From the NCBI GenBank assembly GCA_965263035.1, contig OZ253580.1:5664001-5728000 (forward strand): a stretch of DNA of 64,000 nt, written 5' to 3'. Below, piece after piece: positions 1 to 9,832 of the stretch. The notes beneath the pieces were generated by a model. It had not been told where the DNA came from and searched no databases. It was given only the letters and a program-made list of their open reading frames with translations. This DNA comes from Acidobacteriota bacterium (lineage in GTDB: Bacteria > Acidobacteriota > UBA6911 > RPQK01 > JAJDTT01). Position numbers and translations under genes: made by a program. Every line of letters begins with the position of its first letter. Position 1 is the first letter of the stretch.

Positions 1-208
1 GTTCATGAGTCGCGAGGTCCTACCCTATGCCGACGACGCATGGTATCCCCCGAACAAGGTGAAGATAGGCTACGAGATCAGCTTCAATCGGTATTTCTAC
101 ATGCCTGAGCCGATGCGGACGCCGCAGGAGATCCGCGCTGACATCCTGGCGCTGGAGCAAGAGACGGAGGGGTTGCTCGCCGAGATACTGGGCAAGGGAA
201 GGTCATGA
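1..208 (+). CDS. hsdM: Type I R-M methyltransferase HsdM, C-terminal end (truncated by window edge)
   Basis: REVLPYADDAW...KIGYEISFNRYFY...EIRADILALEQETEGLL is a typical HsdM C-terminus; stop overlaps the hsdS start (ATGA). Confidence 0.9.
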   Translation, partial: FMSREVLPYADDAWYPPNKVKIGYEISFNRYFYMPEPMRTPQEIRADILALEQETEGLLAEILGKGRS

Positions 209-1626
209 TCGCCAATCTCACCCCCTATCCGGACATGAAGGATTCTGGCGTGAAATGGTTGGGGCTGATACCTGAGCACTGGGAGATTCTGCGTGGCAAA
301 GTGCTCTTCCGCTGTATAGATGTGCGTTCGGCAACTGGAGAGGAAGAGTTGCTCACAGTATCGTCAGACCGTGGGATAGTGCCGAGGGAGTCTGCGGCGG
401 TCACGATGTTTAAAGCCGAATCCTACGTTGGCCATAAGCTTTGCTGGCCTGGGGATCTGGTCATCAATAGCCTATGGGCATGGAGCCGTGGGCTTGGAAT
501 ATCTCAGTACCACGGCATCGTTAGCACTGCTTACGGCGTATACCGCTTAAGGCGCCCGATGGACGTATCCGCCGCCTACATTGACGCGCTCGTGCGTTCG
601 ATACCATTCAATTGGGAACTGCGAGTACGTTCTAAGGGTATCTGGATATCCCGCCTCCAGTTGTCGGACGATGCCTTTCTTGGAGCCCCATTCCCCGTTC
701 CTCCGGCAAGTGAGCAACCTGAAATCGCCCGCTTCCTCGACCTCGCCGACCGGCGCATCCGGCGCTACATCCGGGCCAAGGAAAGGCTGATCGAGCTGCT
801 GGAGGAGCAGAAGCAGGCCATCATCCACCAGGCGGTGACGGGCCAGATCGATGTCCGAACCGGCCTGCCCTATCCGGCATACAAGGATGCCGCCGTGGAG
901 TGGCTGGGGATGGTGCCGGAGAATTGGAAACTCATGCCACTAAAATGGCTATCAGAACGCACTCAAAACGGAGCGACGCCGCCCTCATCAAATGATGCGT
1001 TCTATCAAGATGGGACGGTCCCTTGGTATGGCCCGGCTAGCTGTGGAGCGGGAGAGGATGTTGGGCCGCCGATCAGGTACCTCAACTCGTTGGCGTTCTC
1101 TCAGGGACGAGCTAGACTCGTCCGAGGGCCAGCACTTCTTCTCATCGTGATCGGAGCCACTGCCGGACGGATTGCGCTGATGCCAGAGGACGGATCCACT
1201 AACCAGCAGATCACATCGTACGAAATATCCACTGATTTCGTGCGTCCCCGATTCATACTACGTCAGTTACAACGAGCCGAGTCGTGGCTTCAGTCGACCG
1301 CGTCTAGCGCGACCATTCCCATAATTAACTCAAGTGTGGTGAACCGCTTGCCCTGCGCGATTCCATCACTCGATGAACAGGATTCGATAATCTCTGCCCT
1401 CAAGTCTGACTGTTCGCGAATCGACAGCGCGGTTGCGTCCAACTCGCGACAAATTGAACTCCTCCGCGAATACCGCACACGTCTGATCGCCGATGTCGTC
1501 ACCGGCAAGCTCGATGTCCGCGAGGCAGCGGCCGCAATGCCGGAAGAACCCGACGTGGTGACAGACGCGATGGAGACGATCGGCCTTGTAAACGCTACTG
1601 AGACAGCAGAGGAGGTGGCTCTATGA
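205..1626 (+). CDS. hsdS: Type I R-M specificity subunit HsdS
   Basis: YPDMKDSGVKWLGLIPEHW and AVEWLGMVPENW repeats, two TRDs, helical spacers (IELLEEQKQAIIHQAVTG; LLREYRTRLIADVVTGKLDVR). Confidence 0.95.
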   Translation: MIANLTPYPDMKDSGVKWLGLIPEHWEILRGKVLFRCIDVRSATGEEELLTVSSDRGIVPRESAAVTMFKAESYVGHKLCWPGDLVINSLWAWSRGLGISQYHGIVSTAYGVYRLRRPMDVSAAYIDALVRSIPFNWELRVRSKGIWISRLQLSDDAFLGAPFPVPPASEQPEIARFLDLADRRIRRYIRAKERLIELLEEQKQAIIHQAVTGQIDVRTGLPYPAYKDAAVEWLGMVPENWKLMPLKWLSERTQNGATPPSSNDAFYQDGTVPWYGPASCGAGEDVGPPIRYLNSLAFSQGRARLVRGPALLLIVIGATAGRIALMPEDGSTNQQITSYEISTDFVRPRFILRQLQRAESWLQSTASSATIPIINSSVVNRLPCAIPSLDEQDSIISALKSDCSRIDSAVASNSRQIELLREYRTRLIADVVTGKLDVREAAAAMPEEPDVVTDAMETIGLVNATETAEEVAL

Positions 1627-1847
1627 CCAGATGGAATACTTGTTCGGCCGTCGAACGCGACTCGGAGAAGGTCAGCGGTGCCTGGATATTTTGTGGTACG
1701 CGAGTGCATATTGGGGCGCTGTTCGAAAATCTCAGGGACGGTGCCACGATTGAACAGTTTCTGGAGTGGTTCCCCGGTGTTGAACGCTGGCAAGCTGAAA
1801 GTGTTCTGGACCATGAGACCCGGACCTTGAAGGACTCGGTGGCTTGA
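1623..1847 (+). CDS. DUF433-family antitoxin
   Basis: DSEKVSGAWIFCGTRV...LFENLRDGATIEQFLEWFPGV motif. Confidence 0.85.
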   Translation: MTRWNTCSAVERDSEKVSGAWIFCGTRVHIGALFENLRDGATIEQFLEWFPGVERWQAESVLDHETRTLKDSVA

Positions 1848-2158
1848 AAATACTGTTCGATTAGAGTGTACCGGCGCCGCTACGTCGGCAACTGGCCGAA
1901 CACGTGGTGGATACCGCTTTCGAGCGAGGGTGGTCGAACCTTCGCAATGGCGTGTTGCTCGACCGAGCAAAGAGGGATGGCTACCAGCTCTTGGTGACGA
2001 CGGATCAGAATCTTCGTCATCAACAAAACCTCGCGGACAGGTGATTGGCGATCATGGTGTTGGCGGCATCATGGCCGCGTATTCGACAGCGTGTTGACGA
2101 CATTCGAGCCGTTGTTGAGCAAATGGGACCGGGTTAGTACATGTAAGTCCCGATCTGA
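1844..2158 (+). pseudogene. DUF5615/PIN-like toxin pseudogene with four in-frame stops
   Basis: Manual translation: MKILFD*SVPAPLRRQLAEHVVDTAFERGWSNLRNGVLLDRAKRDGYQLLVTTDQNLRHQQNLADR*LAIMVL...GPG*YM*VPI*; overlaps the DUF433 stop. Confidence 0.85.
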
Positions 2159-2169
2159 TAGCAGGATCT

Positions 2170-5100
2170 ATGGCGACCACTGACACTACCGAACGCGGCC
2201 TCGAACGCCTGATCTGCAAGGCCCTGACCGGCGATCCCTGCGACCCTCCTGCCGATTGCACCATCGGCGACCCGCCCGCCGGGTACGGTGGCGTCGGCTG
2301 GTCCTGCGGCAACCACCGCGACTACAACCGTGAGTACTGCGTCGACCTGGTCCAACTCCGGGCCTTCCTGAACACCACCCAACCCGAAGCCGCTGCGGCA
2401 TTGCGACTGACCGAAGACGGTCCCAACCGCCGCAGGTTCCTTGCTCGCCTCCAGGGCGAGATCGCCAAACGCGGCACGATCGACGTCCTCCGCAACGGCA
2501 TCCGGCACGGACCCCACGAACTCGACCTCTTCTACGGAACCCCCTCGGCCGAGAACGAGAAGGCCAAGCGGCGCTTCAAGCAGAATCGATTCACCGTCGC
2601 CCGTCAGCTCCACTACAGCCAGCACGAAACCCAGCGCGCCCTCGACATCGGACTCTTCATCAACGGCCTTCCCGTCTTCACCTTCGAACTCAAGAACCGC
2701 CTCACCAAGCAGACGGTGAGCGATGCCACGGAGCAGTACAAGAAGGACCGCAACCCGCGCGAGAAGCTCTTCGAGTTCGGCCGATGCGTGGCCCATTTCG
2801 CGGTGGACGAGAACGAAGTCCATTTCTGCACGCACCTCAAGGGAAAGGCCTCCTGGTTCCTGCCCTTCAACCGAGGCTGGAACGACGGTGCGGGAAACCC
2901 GCCCAACCCGCACGGCCTGCGATCCGACTACCTGTGGCGCGAAGTACTGACCCGGCGGAGCCTGACCAACATCCTGGAGAACTACGCCCAGATCGTGGAG
3001 TCGAAGGACGCCAAGACGGGGAAGAAGAGGCGAGTCCAGATCTGGCCTCGCTACCATCAACTCGACGCGGTGCGCCGGCTCCTGGCCGATGCGGGCGCGC
3101 ACGGGCCGGGCAAGCGTTACCTGATCCAGCACTCAGCGGGCAGCGGCAAGAGCTATTCGATCGCTTGGCTGGCCCATCAACTGATCCGGCTGGAAAAGGA
3201 CGATGCTCCGGTCTTCGACTCAATCATCGTTGTCACCGATCGGCGCATTCTCGACACGCAGATCTGCGACACGATCAAGAAATACGCTCAGGTGAGCGCG
3301 ACGGTGGGGCACGCCGAGCGTTCAGCCAACCTGCGACGGTTCATCGAGTCCGGAAAGAAGATCATCATCTCGACGATCCAGAAATTCCCTCACATCCTCG
3401 ACGAGATCGGTAACGAACATCGGGGGTACCGCTTCGCCATCATCATCGACGAGGCCCATTCGAGTCAGGGGGGCCGCATAAGCGCTGACATGGCCCGGGT
3501 GCTCGCGGAGGTCGGTAAAGAGGGAGAGGAGGCGACGTACGAGGATCAGATCAACTACATGATGCATTCGCGCAAGCTCCTTCCCAACGCCAGCTACTTT
3601 GCCTTCACCGCAACCCCGAAGAACAAGACCTTGGAGAGCTTTGGTGACCCGGACCGGCAGCCCGACGGTACGGTCCAGCATCACGCCTTTCACACCTACA
3701 GCATGAAACAGGCGATCCAGGAGGGTTTCATCCTGGACGTGCTGCGCCACTACACGCCGGTCAAGAGCTACTACAAGCTCGCCAAGACGGTGGAGGACGA
3801 TCCCAAGTTCGAAGCGAAAAGGGCCCGCAAGAAGTTGCGGCGCTACGTTGAGGGACACGACCACGCGATCCGCCTCAAGTCGGAGATCATGGTGGACCAC
3901 TTCCATACGCAGGTGCTATCCCATGGAAAGATCGGTGGTAGGGCCCGGGCGATGGTGGTCACCAACGGGATCAAACGCGCGATCCAGTACTTCCATGCCA
4001 TCCGTGACTACCTGAAGGAACGAAAGAGCCGCTACCGGGCAATCGTGGCCTTCTCGGGCGAGCACGAATACGGCGGAAAAAAAGTGAGCGAGGCCTCGCT
4101 GAACAGTTTTCCTTCGAACAAGATTGCCGAGAGGTTCCAGGAGGATCCGTACCGCTTTCTGGTCTGCGCGGACAAGTTCCAAACCGGGTACGACGAACCT
4201 CTGCTGCATACGATGTACGTGGACAAGACGCTCTCGGGCGTCAGGGCGGTCCAGACCCTCTCGCGGCTCAACCGGGCTCATCCCAAGAAGCACGATGTAT
4301 TCGTGCTGGATTTCCTGAACGAATCGGACACCATCCGCGACGCCTTCGCGGACTACTATCGAGCGACGATCCTGTCCGAAGAAACCGATCCCAACAAGTT
4401 GCACGACCTCCAGGCAGACCTGGACGGCGCACAGGTCTATTCCTTTGAGCAGATCAAAGACTTCGTGTCGCGCTATTTGGCTGGCGAGGACCGCGAGGAG
4501 CTTGATCCCATCCTCGATGCTTGCGTGGCGGTGTACGAGCAGGACCTGGACGAAGATGGGCAAGTTCAGTTCAAGCGCCGGGCCAAAGTGTTCCTGAGAA
4601 CCTACGCCTTCCTCTCTTCGATCCTTCCGTACAACAACGCGAAGTGGGAAGAACGCTCGATTTTCCTGAACTTCCTGGTCTCAAAGTTACCGTCCCCGCG
4701 AGAGGAGGATTTGTCCAAGGGCGTTCTCGACGCCATCGATATGGATAGCTACCGGGTCGAGAAACGGGCGATGCAGAAAATTCGCCTGTCGGATGAGGAC
4801 GCCAAGATCGACCCCATTCCGGACAACGGTTCCGGTGGCCGTGCGGAGCCCGAGATAGACCTCTTATCGAACATCATCCAGACCTTCAACGATCTATTCG
4901 GGAACATTCAATGGGAAGACGAAGACCGTGTGCTGGAGCTCATCACTGAAACGATTCCTTCACGAGTCGCACAGAACACCGCCTACAGGAACGCTCAGGA
5001 AAACTCGGACCGGGAGAATGCACGCATCGAACACGACAAGGTACTGGAACAAGTCATGGTGGGGGTGATACAGGACGACACCCAGCTGTTTAAAAGGTTC

Positions 5101-5178
5101 ATGGACGATCCGAATTTCAACCGGCTGGTCAGCGATGCGTCGTTCCAGGTTACATACAAGCAGGCGCCGGCGCCGTGA
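2170..5178 (+). CDS. hsdR: Type I R-M restriction subunit HsdR
   Basis: LDIGLFINGLPVFTFELKN nuclease motif, HSAGSGKS Walker A, DEAH box, FTATP, DKFQTGYDEP. Confidence 0.95.
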   Translation: MATTDTTERGLERLICKALTGDPCDPPADCTIGDPPAGYGGVGWSCGNHRDYNREYCVDLVQLRAFLNTTQPEAAAALRLTEDGPNRRRFLARLQGEIAKRGTIDVLRNGIRHGPHELDLFYGTPSAENEKAKRRFKQNRFTVARQLHYSQHETQRALDIGLFINGLPVFTFELKNRLTKQTVSDATEQYKKDRNPREKLFEFGRCVAHFAVDENEVHFCTHLKGKASWFLPFNRGWNDGAGNPPNPHGLRSDYLWREVLTRRSLTNILENYAQIVESKDAKTGKKRRVQIWPRYHQLDAVRRLLADAGAHGPGKRYLIQHSAGSGKSYSIAWLAHQLIRLEKDDAPVFDSIIVVTDRRILDTQICDTIKKYAQVSATVGHAERSANLRRFIESGKKIIISTIQKFPHILDEIGNEHRGYRFAIIIDEAHSSQGGRISADMARVLAEVGKEGEEATYEDQINYMMHSRKLLPNASYFAFTATPKNKTLESFGDPDRQPDGTVQHHAFHTYSMKQAIQEGFILDVLRHYTPVKSYYKLAKTVEDDPKFEAKRARKKLRRYVEGHDHAIRLKSEIMVDHFHTQVLSHGKIGGRARAMVVTNGIKRAIQYFHAIRDYLKERKSRYRAIVAFSGEHEYGGKKVSEASLNSFPSNKIAERFQEDPYRFLVCADKFQTGYDEPLLHTMYVDKTLSGVRAVQTLSRLNRAHPKKHDVFVLDFLNESDTIRDAFADYYRATILSEETDPNKLHDLQADLDGAQVYSFEQIKDFVSRYLAGEDREELDPILDACVAVYEQDLDEDGQVQFKRRAKVFLRTYAFLSSILPYNNAKWEERSIFLNFLVSKLPSPREEDLSKGVLDAIDMDSYRVEKRAMQKIRLSDEDAKIDPIPDNGSGGRAEPEIDLLSNIIQTFNDLFGNIQWEDEDRVLELITETIPSRVAQNTAYRNAQENSDRENARIEHDKVLEQVMVGVIQDDTQLFKRFMDDPNFNRLVSDASFQVTYKQAPAP

Positions 5179-5959
5179 ATTGTATCGAGCGGAGAATTTG
5201 TAAACCGATTTGATCAGGAGGCACTAGAAGCCGAACTGGAAGCAGACTCTTCTCGTTCCGTTTCCGTGGATTCCAGTCCTGCTGATTTTCGACTTCTGGA
5301 CGGTCTACCTATAAGGGCATGCAGGAACTATGGATCGGGAAGGCGCTCAAGCTCCATAGGAACAGGCAGAAGGCAAAGCTAGTCCTATTTTGCGCCGATC
5401 CGAACGCACATGCCGATGACTCTATCCTCGAATCGACTAGGTGAGGTCTGTCTTCCGTGGGATGGGGAGCTTCCTCCCGGACAGCCCGCTCCGTGTCGGT
5501 TTACGGACGGTCCGGGTACTACGCCTTGCCGGTTCTCCATCCGCGCCAGTATCGGCTTTCCCAGCCCCCTGGTTTGGAGGGCCTTCGGCGGACGTCCGGG
5601 ACGCCCGCCGCATAGCTGCTTGATCCCGGGTTCTTCGCTGCGTGCCCGCGTGATACGTGCCCCGATAGTATTGATCCGATCCTTAGGTCAAGTCTTGAAC
5701 CCGTCTTTGGGTCACAGTCCTGTTCCAATCCTGCATCAATCCCTCTTGATCAACGACTTGACCCAAATACTCCGTAGAAGGCCGTAGCGCGTATCGAAGG
5801 TGTTCAGGTATGCCTCACGCCCTCTGTGTCGATCTGGGGCCGTCTGGGAGCCGGGAATCCGCACCCCAGACTCCCGTCAAACCCCCATTCCCGGCTCTCC
5901 GGGTTCGGGGGGAGCGGCCATGGTCGTCACCCGGGGACGATAAATTTTGGATGGCTTAG

Positions 5960-6713
5960 CAGCCCGTGGCAAAAGTCCGGGAAGAGCCAGATCTCTGAAA
6001 TAAACTGACACTATGGCCATGGGAAAGAAACCGTCTGCGGGACGGCAACGGAAGATGTGGGTGGCGGCGGAGAAACTGCCTCGGAGTCCGGGGCATCCCT
6101 TCTACGAGCGGCTGAATCGGGTGCTGGAGAAAGCGGGGTTCGACGCTTTCGTGGAGGGACTGTGCGCGCGGTTTTATGCCGACGGGACCGGGCGCCCGAG
6201 TCGGCGCCCCGGACGGTACTTCCGGATGCTGTTGTTGGGGGACTTCGAAGGGCTGAACTCGGAACGGGCCATCGCGTGGCGAGTGGCGGATTCGATGAGT
6301 GTGCGGGCTTTTCTGGACTTGGATCCGGAGGAGACGCCCCCGAATCACTCCACCTTGTCGCGCACCAGTTCGGCACGGGAGGGTTGCGTCGGATCTTCGT
6401 CCGGGGCCACGCCAACGGGCGCAAGCGACTGCTGATCCATGTCTGCGGCTTCAATCTGGGATTGCTGCTGCGCCATCTGACGGGGGTGGGTACGCCCCGC
6501 AGTCTCCCGGGCCGCGGTCGGGCACGTCTTTTTACGCTTTTGGGGGCGCGAACCGGTCGCTGGATCGGCTGGGATCGGGTCTGGGAGCGTTTCTGGGCGT
6601 CGATCCGGCCCGATTCGCTGTTTTGGGCTCCTCGGATCCATCAATAAACCATCTCAACATCAACTCACAGAAAGAACATTAGTCGGAGAAATTGGGGTTT
6701 TTGCCACGGGCTG
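5960..6713 (+). mobile_element. Internally deleted IS1182/IS5-like element
   Basis: Terminal IRs CAGCCCGTGGCAAAA / TTTTGCCACGGGCTG with TTAG on both flanks; transposase N-terminus (6013-, HPFYERLN...GRPS...NHSTLSRT) joined out of frame to its C-terminus (GGLRRIFVRG...GFNLGLLLRHL). Confidence 0.85.
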
Positions 6714-7141
6714 TTAGTCGACCTCTCCCTGCGAACAAACCAGGTCCAAAACACCGTGTTGAATACGAAGAGCCTGCTAACTGCTTCGCAGTTAGCCCGG
6801 GTTATAGGCGACAACCCGATCCCACCATTTCCATCGAAAGTGAGCTTCCAGAGCGGGCCCAGAAGCCCCAGTTCGGAGCCTTATGCGTAGGCCACCAGAT
6901 CGTGCAAACCGACAGACACATGGCCAAACCGGAGCCCGGGGAGGCCAGTACAGGGGAGAAAAGTCCCACGGGAAAAAGAGAATTGGACCCGGGAGGGGTT
7001 GGAGGTGGAAACGGGTGCTGCAAAGGTGGGACGGGTAGGGGCATCCGAACGGGCCGTTCAGGTCTTGTCCGTGCTGGCTCAGGCCGCCAGTCCGTTGCCT
7101 GATTCGCTTCGACTGCCCTGCTGTGTTCCAGTGGATGCCCC

Positions 7142-7438
7142 CTATCTGTAACTTTCACGAGAACGGAAACGATCGAGGGAAGTTTTTTTCAAACTCCATG
7201 CTAACGCCGTAGCGCACGCCGCACACCTGATCTCGGAATTTGACCAAGCCAACTCCCGCTTGGGATCGATTCGGAGCAATATCCCTTCTCCCAGGGACAC
7301 CCCGCACCGCTTGCACCTTCCGTCCTGCTCCCGGTACAAGGCCCGGTACAACTTCTCACGGGCAGGATTCAGCGAAACCTCGGCCTTGGATTTGCCTTTG
7401 GCCTTACGACGCTTCCTGATCCGGTTCCCTCGCCTCAC
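7142..7438 (-). CDS. Small basic HNH-like zinc-binding protein (possibly degenerate)
   Basis: QDGRCKRCG...WSNSEIRCAACA has HNH-endonuclease-like CxxC...N...CxxC spacing; catalytic His not evident. Confidence 0.45.
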   Translation of the reverse strand: MRRGNRIRKRRKAKGKSKAEVSLNPAREKLYRALYREQDGRCKRCGVSLGEGILLRIDPKRELAWSNSEIRCAACATALAWSLKKTSLDRFRSRESYR

Positions 7439-7841
7439 GACGTTGCTCCCGAGAGCATTTCAACAGGCATCACTTAGACCTCAGGGTTCCAGGCAGTTCG
7501 GGATGACCGAACACAGTGAGGGCAATGTGCCCCGCTGGGATCGTATCCCGAGCCGCCCGAGCCAACCAAAGAGCTTCACTTGAGCCCCATGGGACCAGGC
7601 AAGGTTTCAGGCTACGGCCCTCCCCTCGGACCAGTTCGGCATCGACTCTCCGCAGGAGCCGCCGGTACTTGCCGGGTCTGGCCGGACCCGTGTGCGTGTT
7701 GCCCGGGTGCCCTTCAGGGTCACGCTCTGGTCAGAGCAGCTGCCTCCTGTCTACTACCGCTCGGTCAGCTCTGGTGGGATGGTATTCGGGTTGCGCAGGA
7801 CTCTACCTGCTGCGTCCGCATGCCACGAAGAGAGGAGGAAT

Positions 7842-8021
7842 CCTCTAATCACCATGCCGCAGATTTTAGAACGAAACCCTGACACAGGAGAGGGTGACGC
7901 TCGCTCCCCTGCGGTATTAATGGTGATTAGAGGCACCGCAGGGGAGCGGAATCGATCACTGAAGCGGATTCTATTACTAACCGGGTGACACCCCCGGCCC
8001 CTGAGCCATCGGGCCGGGGGT
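7842..8021. other. Structured non-coding segment with mutually exclusive pairings
   Basis: 14-bp perfect hairpin 7902-7915/7935-7948; its loop 7920-7933 is the perfect complement of 7842-7855; further GC hairpin 7990-8021. Confidence 0.55.
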
Positions 8022-8125
8022 CTTGGAGACTTGGTAAGCCGACGCCTCCCGCCCCAACTCCCGCGTAAAGACCGGAGCGGGAGAGCGTCCCCAGGCCCGG
8101 CGAGACTATCACAGCCTCCGTGAGT

Positions 8126-8212
8126 TGGTCCCCGGCGCGGGATTCGAATCCACACGGCCTTTCGGCCACCGGATTTTAATTCCAGCGCGTCTGCCAATTC
8201 CGCCAGCCGGGG
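8126..8212 (-). tRNA. tRNA-Leu (TAA anticodon), 87 nt, encoded CCA
   Basis: CCCCGGCTGGCGGAATTGGCAGACGCGCTGGAATTAAAATCCGGTGGCCGAAAGGCCGTGTGGATTCGAATCCCGCGCCGGGGACCA; long variable arm. Confidence 0.9.
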
Positions 8213-8393
8213 ACACTTTTGGCTGGACTGTCAACCGAGTTCCCCTATAATAGCTATGAGACATCCCCTGTCTCATGCCGAATGGCATAATTCTTCGATT
8301 ATACTCGGATACTCATATTTTGCCCGGTTCCCGACAACAGGTTGCGCCGGTTCCGATGGGGCTGGTCGCGATAGCGATTTCCAGGTCTGTGAA

Positions 8394-9785
8394 ATGGATA
8401 TCGAAAAACTCAGGCATCTGATTCAGGGGAAGATCTATCTGGACCAGGAGTCGTGCCGAGACGTGGCCACCGATTTCGGCCGGATCCTGGTGAAGACTCC
8501 CAAAGCCCTGGTGGCGCCGGAATCGTCCGAGGACGTGGCCACCGTCATGGCTACGGCTTCCCGGGAGGGGTGGCCGGTCTCGACGCGGGGAGCTTCCCAT
8601 TCCCAGGGTGGCCAGTCGCTCTCCCAGGACGGAATCCTTCTGGATCTGAGCACGTTGAACGGGATCGGTGCCGTGGAAGGGGAGACGGTGAAGGTCCAGG
8701 CCGGCGTGCTTTGGCGCGACCTGGTGGCTTTCACTTCCGAGAGGGGACTTCTTCCCCCGGTTCTCACCAACAATCTCAACGTGACCGTGGGGGGGACGCT
8801 CTCCATGGCCGGCATCGGCGTGTCTTCCCACCGCTATGGCACCCAGGCCCACCAGGTGGTGGAGCTGGAGGTCGTGACGGGGGAGGGTCACCGGGTGCGC
8901 TGTTCTCCACAGGAGAACTCCGAGCTCTTCTTCTGCACCCTGTGCGGACTCGGCCAATTCTCGGTCATCCTGAGCGCCCGGCTCCGGCTCCGCCGGGTCG
9001 CTCCCAGGGTCCGCACCTACTATCTCCTCTACGATGACCTGGGGGCTCTGATGGCGGACCAGGAGCGTCTTCTGACCCAGCAGCGCTTCGACTACATCGA
9101 GTCTTGGGCCTCTCCGTGCGTTCAGGGGTTGCGGCGTATGGGAGATGTCCGGGTTCCCTTCGCCGAATGGTTCTTTCCCATGCACCTGACCGTGGAGTTG
9201 GGTGAGGAGGAGCCTCGGGAGGAGGAGCTGCTCGAAGGCCTGAGCTTCTATCGCAAGCTGCAGGTGGAGGACTCCACCGTGCTGGAGTTCGCCCATCGGC
9301 TGGAGCCGGTCTTCGGACTCTGGAGGCAGAGCGGAGCCTGGGGCATGTGCCACCCCTGGATGGAGACCATTCTGCCTTGGGATCAGGCCCCGGGCTACAT
9401 CGGCGGCGTGCTGGCCAATTTTCCCCCGCAGCTTCTGGCCGGCGGCCACGTTCTGATCTGGCCCTGCCGCTTCCAGGGAAATACGCTTCCCCTGTTCAGG
9501 CAACCTCCGGGCGAATTCATCGTGGGCTTCGGGATACTGCCTGCGGTGCCCAGGCCGATGCTCCCCTTGGCTCGTCAGCTACTGAAGACGGCCAGCGATC
9601 TTTCGATGAGAGTCGGAGGAAGGCGCTACCTCTCGGGGTGGGTGGAATTCACTCCGGAACAGTGGAGGAGCCACTTTGGAGAGATCTGGGAGGACCTGCA
9701 ACGGTGGAAGCAGTTTTACGATCCGGCGGGAATATTGAACCTCGGATTCATTCCTTATCCGGACCGAACGGAGAGTCCGGACTGA
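8394..9785 (+). CDS. FAD-binding oxidoreductase, cytokinin-dehydrogenase-like (VAO family)
   Basis: TDFGR...P; RGASHSQGGQ covalent-FAD motif; TVGGTLSMAG; GLGQFSVI; HPW; YDPAGILN. Confidence 0.8.
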   Translation: MDIEKLRHLIQGKIYLDQESCRDVATDFGRILVKTPKALVAPESSEDVATVMATASREGWPVSTRGASHSQGGQSLSQDGILLDLSTLNGIGAVEGETVKVQAGVLWRDLVAFTSERGLLPPVLTNNLNVTVGGTLSMAGIGVSSHRYGTQAHQVVELEVVTGEGHRVRCSPQENSELFFCTLCGLGQFSVILSARLRLRRVAPRVRTYYLLYDDLGALMADQERLLTQQRFDYIESWASPCVQGLRRMGDVRVPFAEWFFPMHLTVELGEEEPREEELLEGLSFYRKLQVEDSTVLEFAHRLEPVFGLWRQSGAWGMCHPWMETILPWDQAPGYIGGVLANFPPQLLAGGHVLIWPCRFQGNTLPLFRQPPGEFIVGFGILPAVPRPMLPLARQLLKTASDLSMRVGGRRYLSGWVEFTPEQWRSHFGEIWEDLQRWKQFYDPAGILNLGFIPYPDRTESPD

Positions 9786-9832
9786 AGCAATTCATGAACC
9801 TATAAAATTTTATTATTGAGGTTACTTAAAGA

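Noticed and set aside
5180-5955. Possible phage cos site or satellite end
   Set aside because: Only a vague compositional resemblance; no terminase, primase or defined motif
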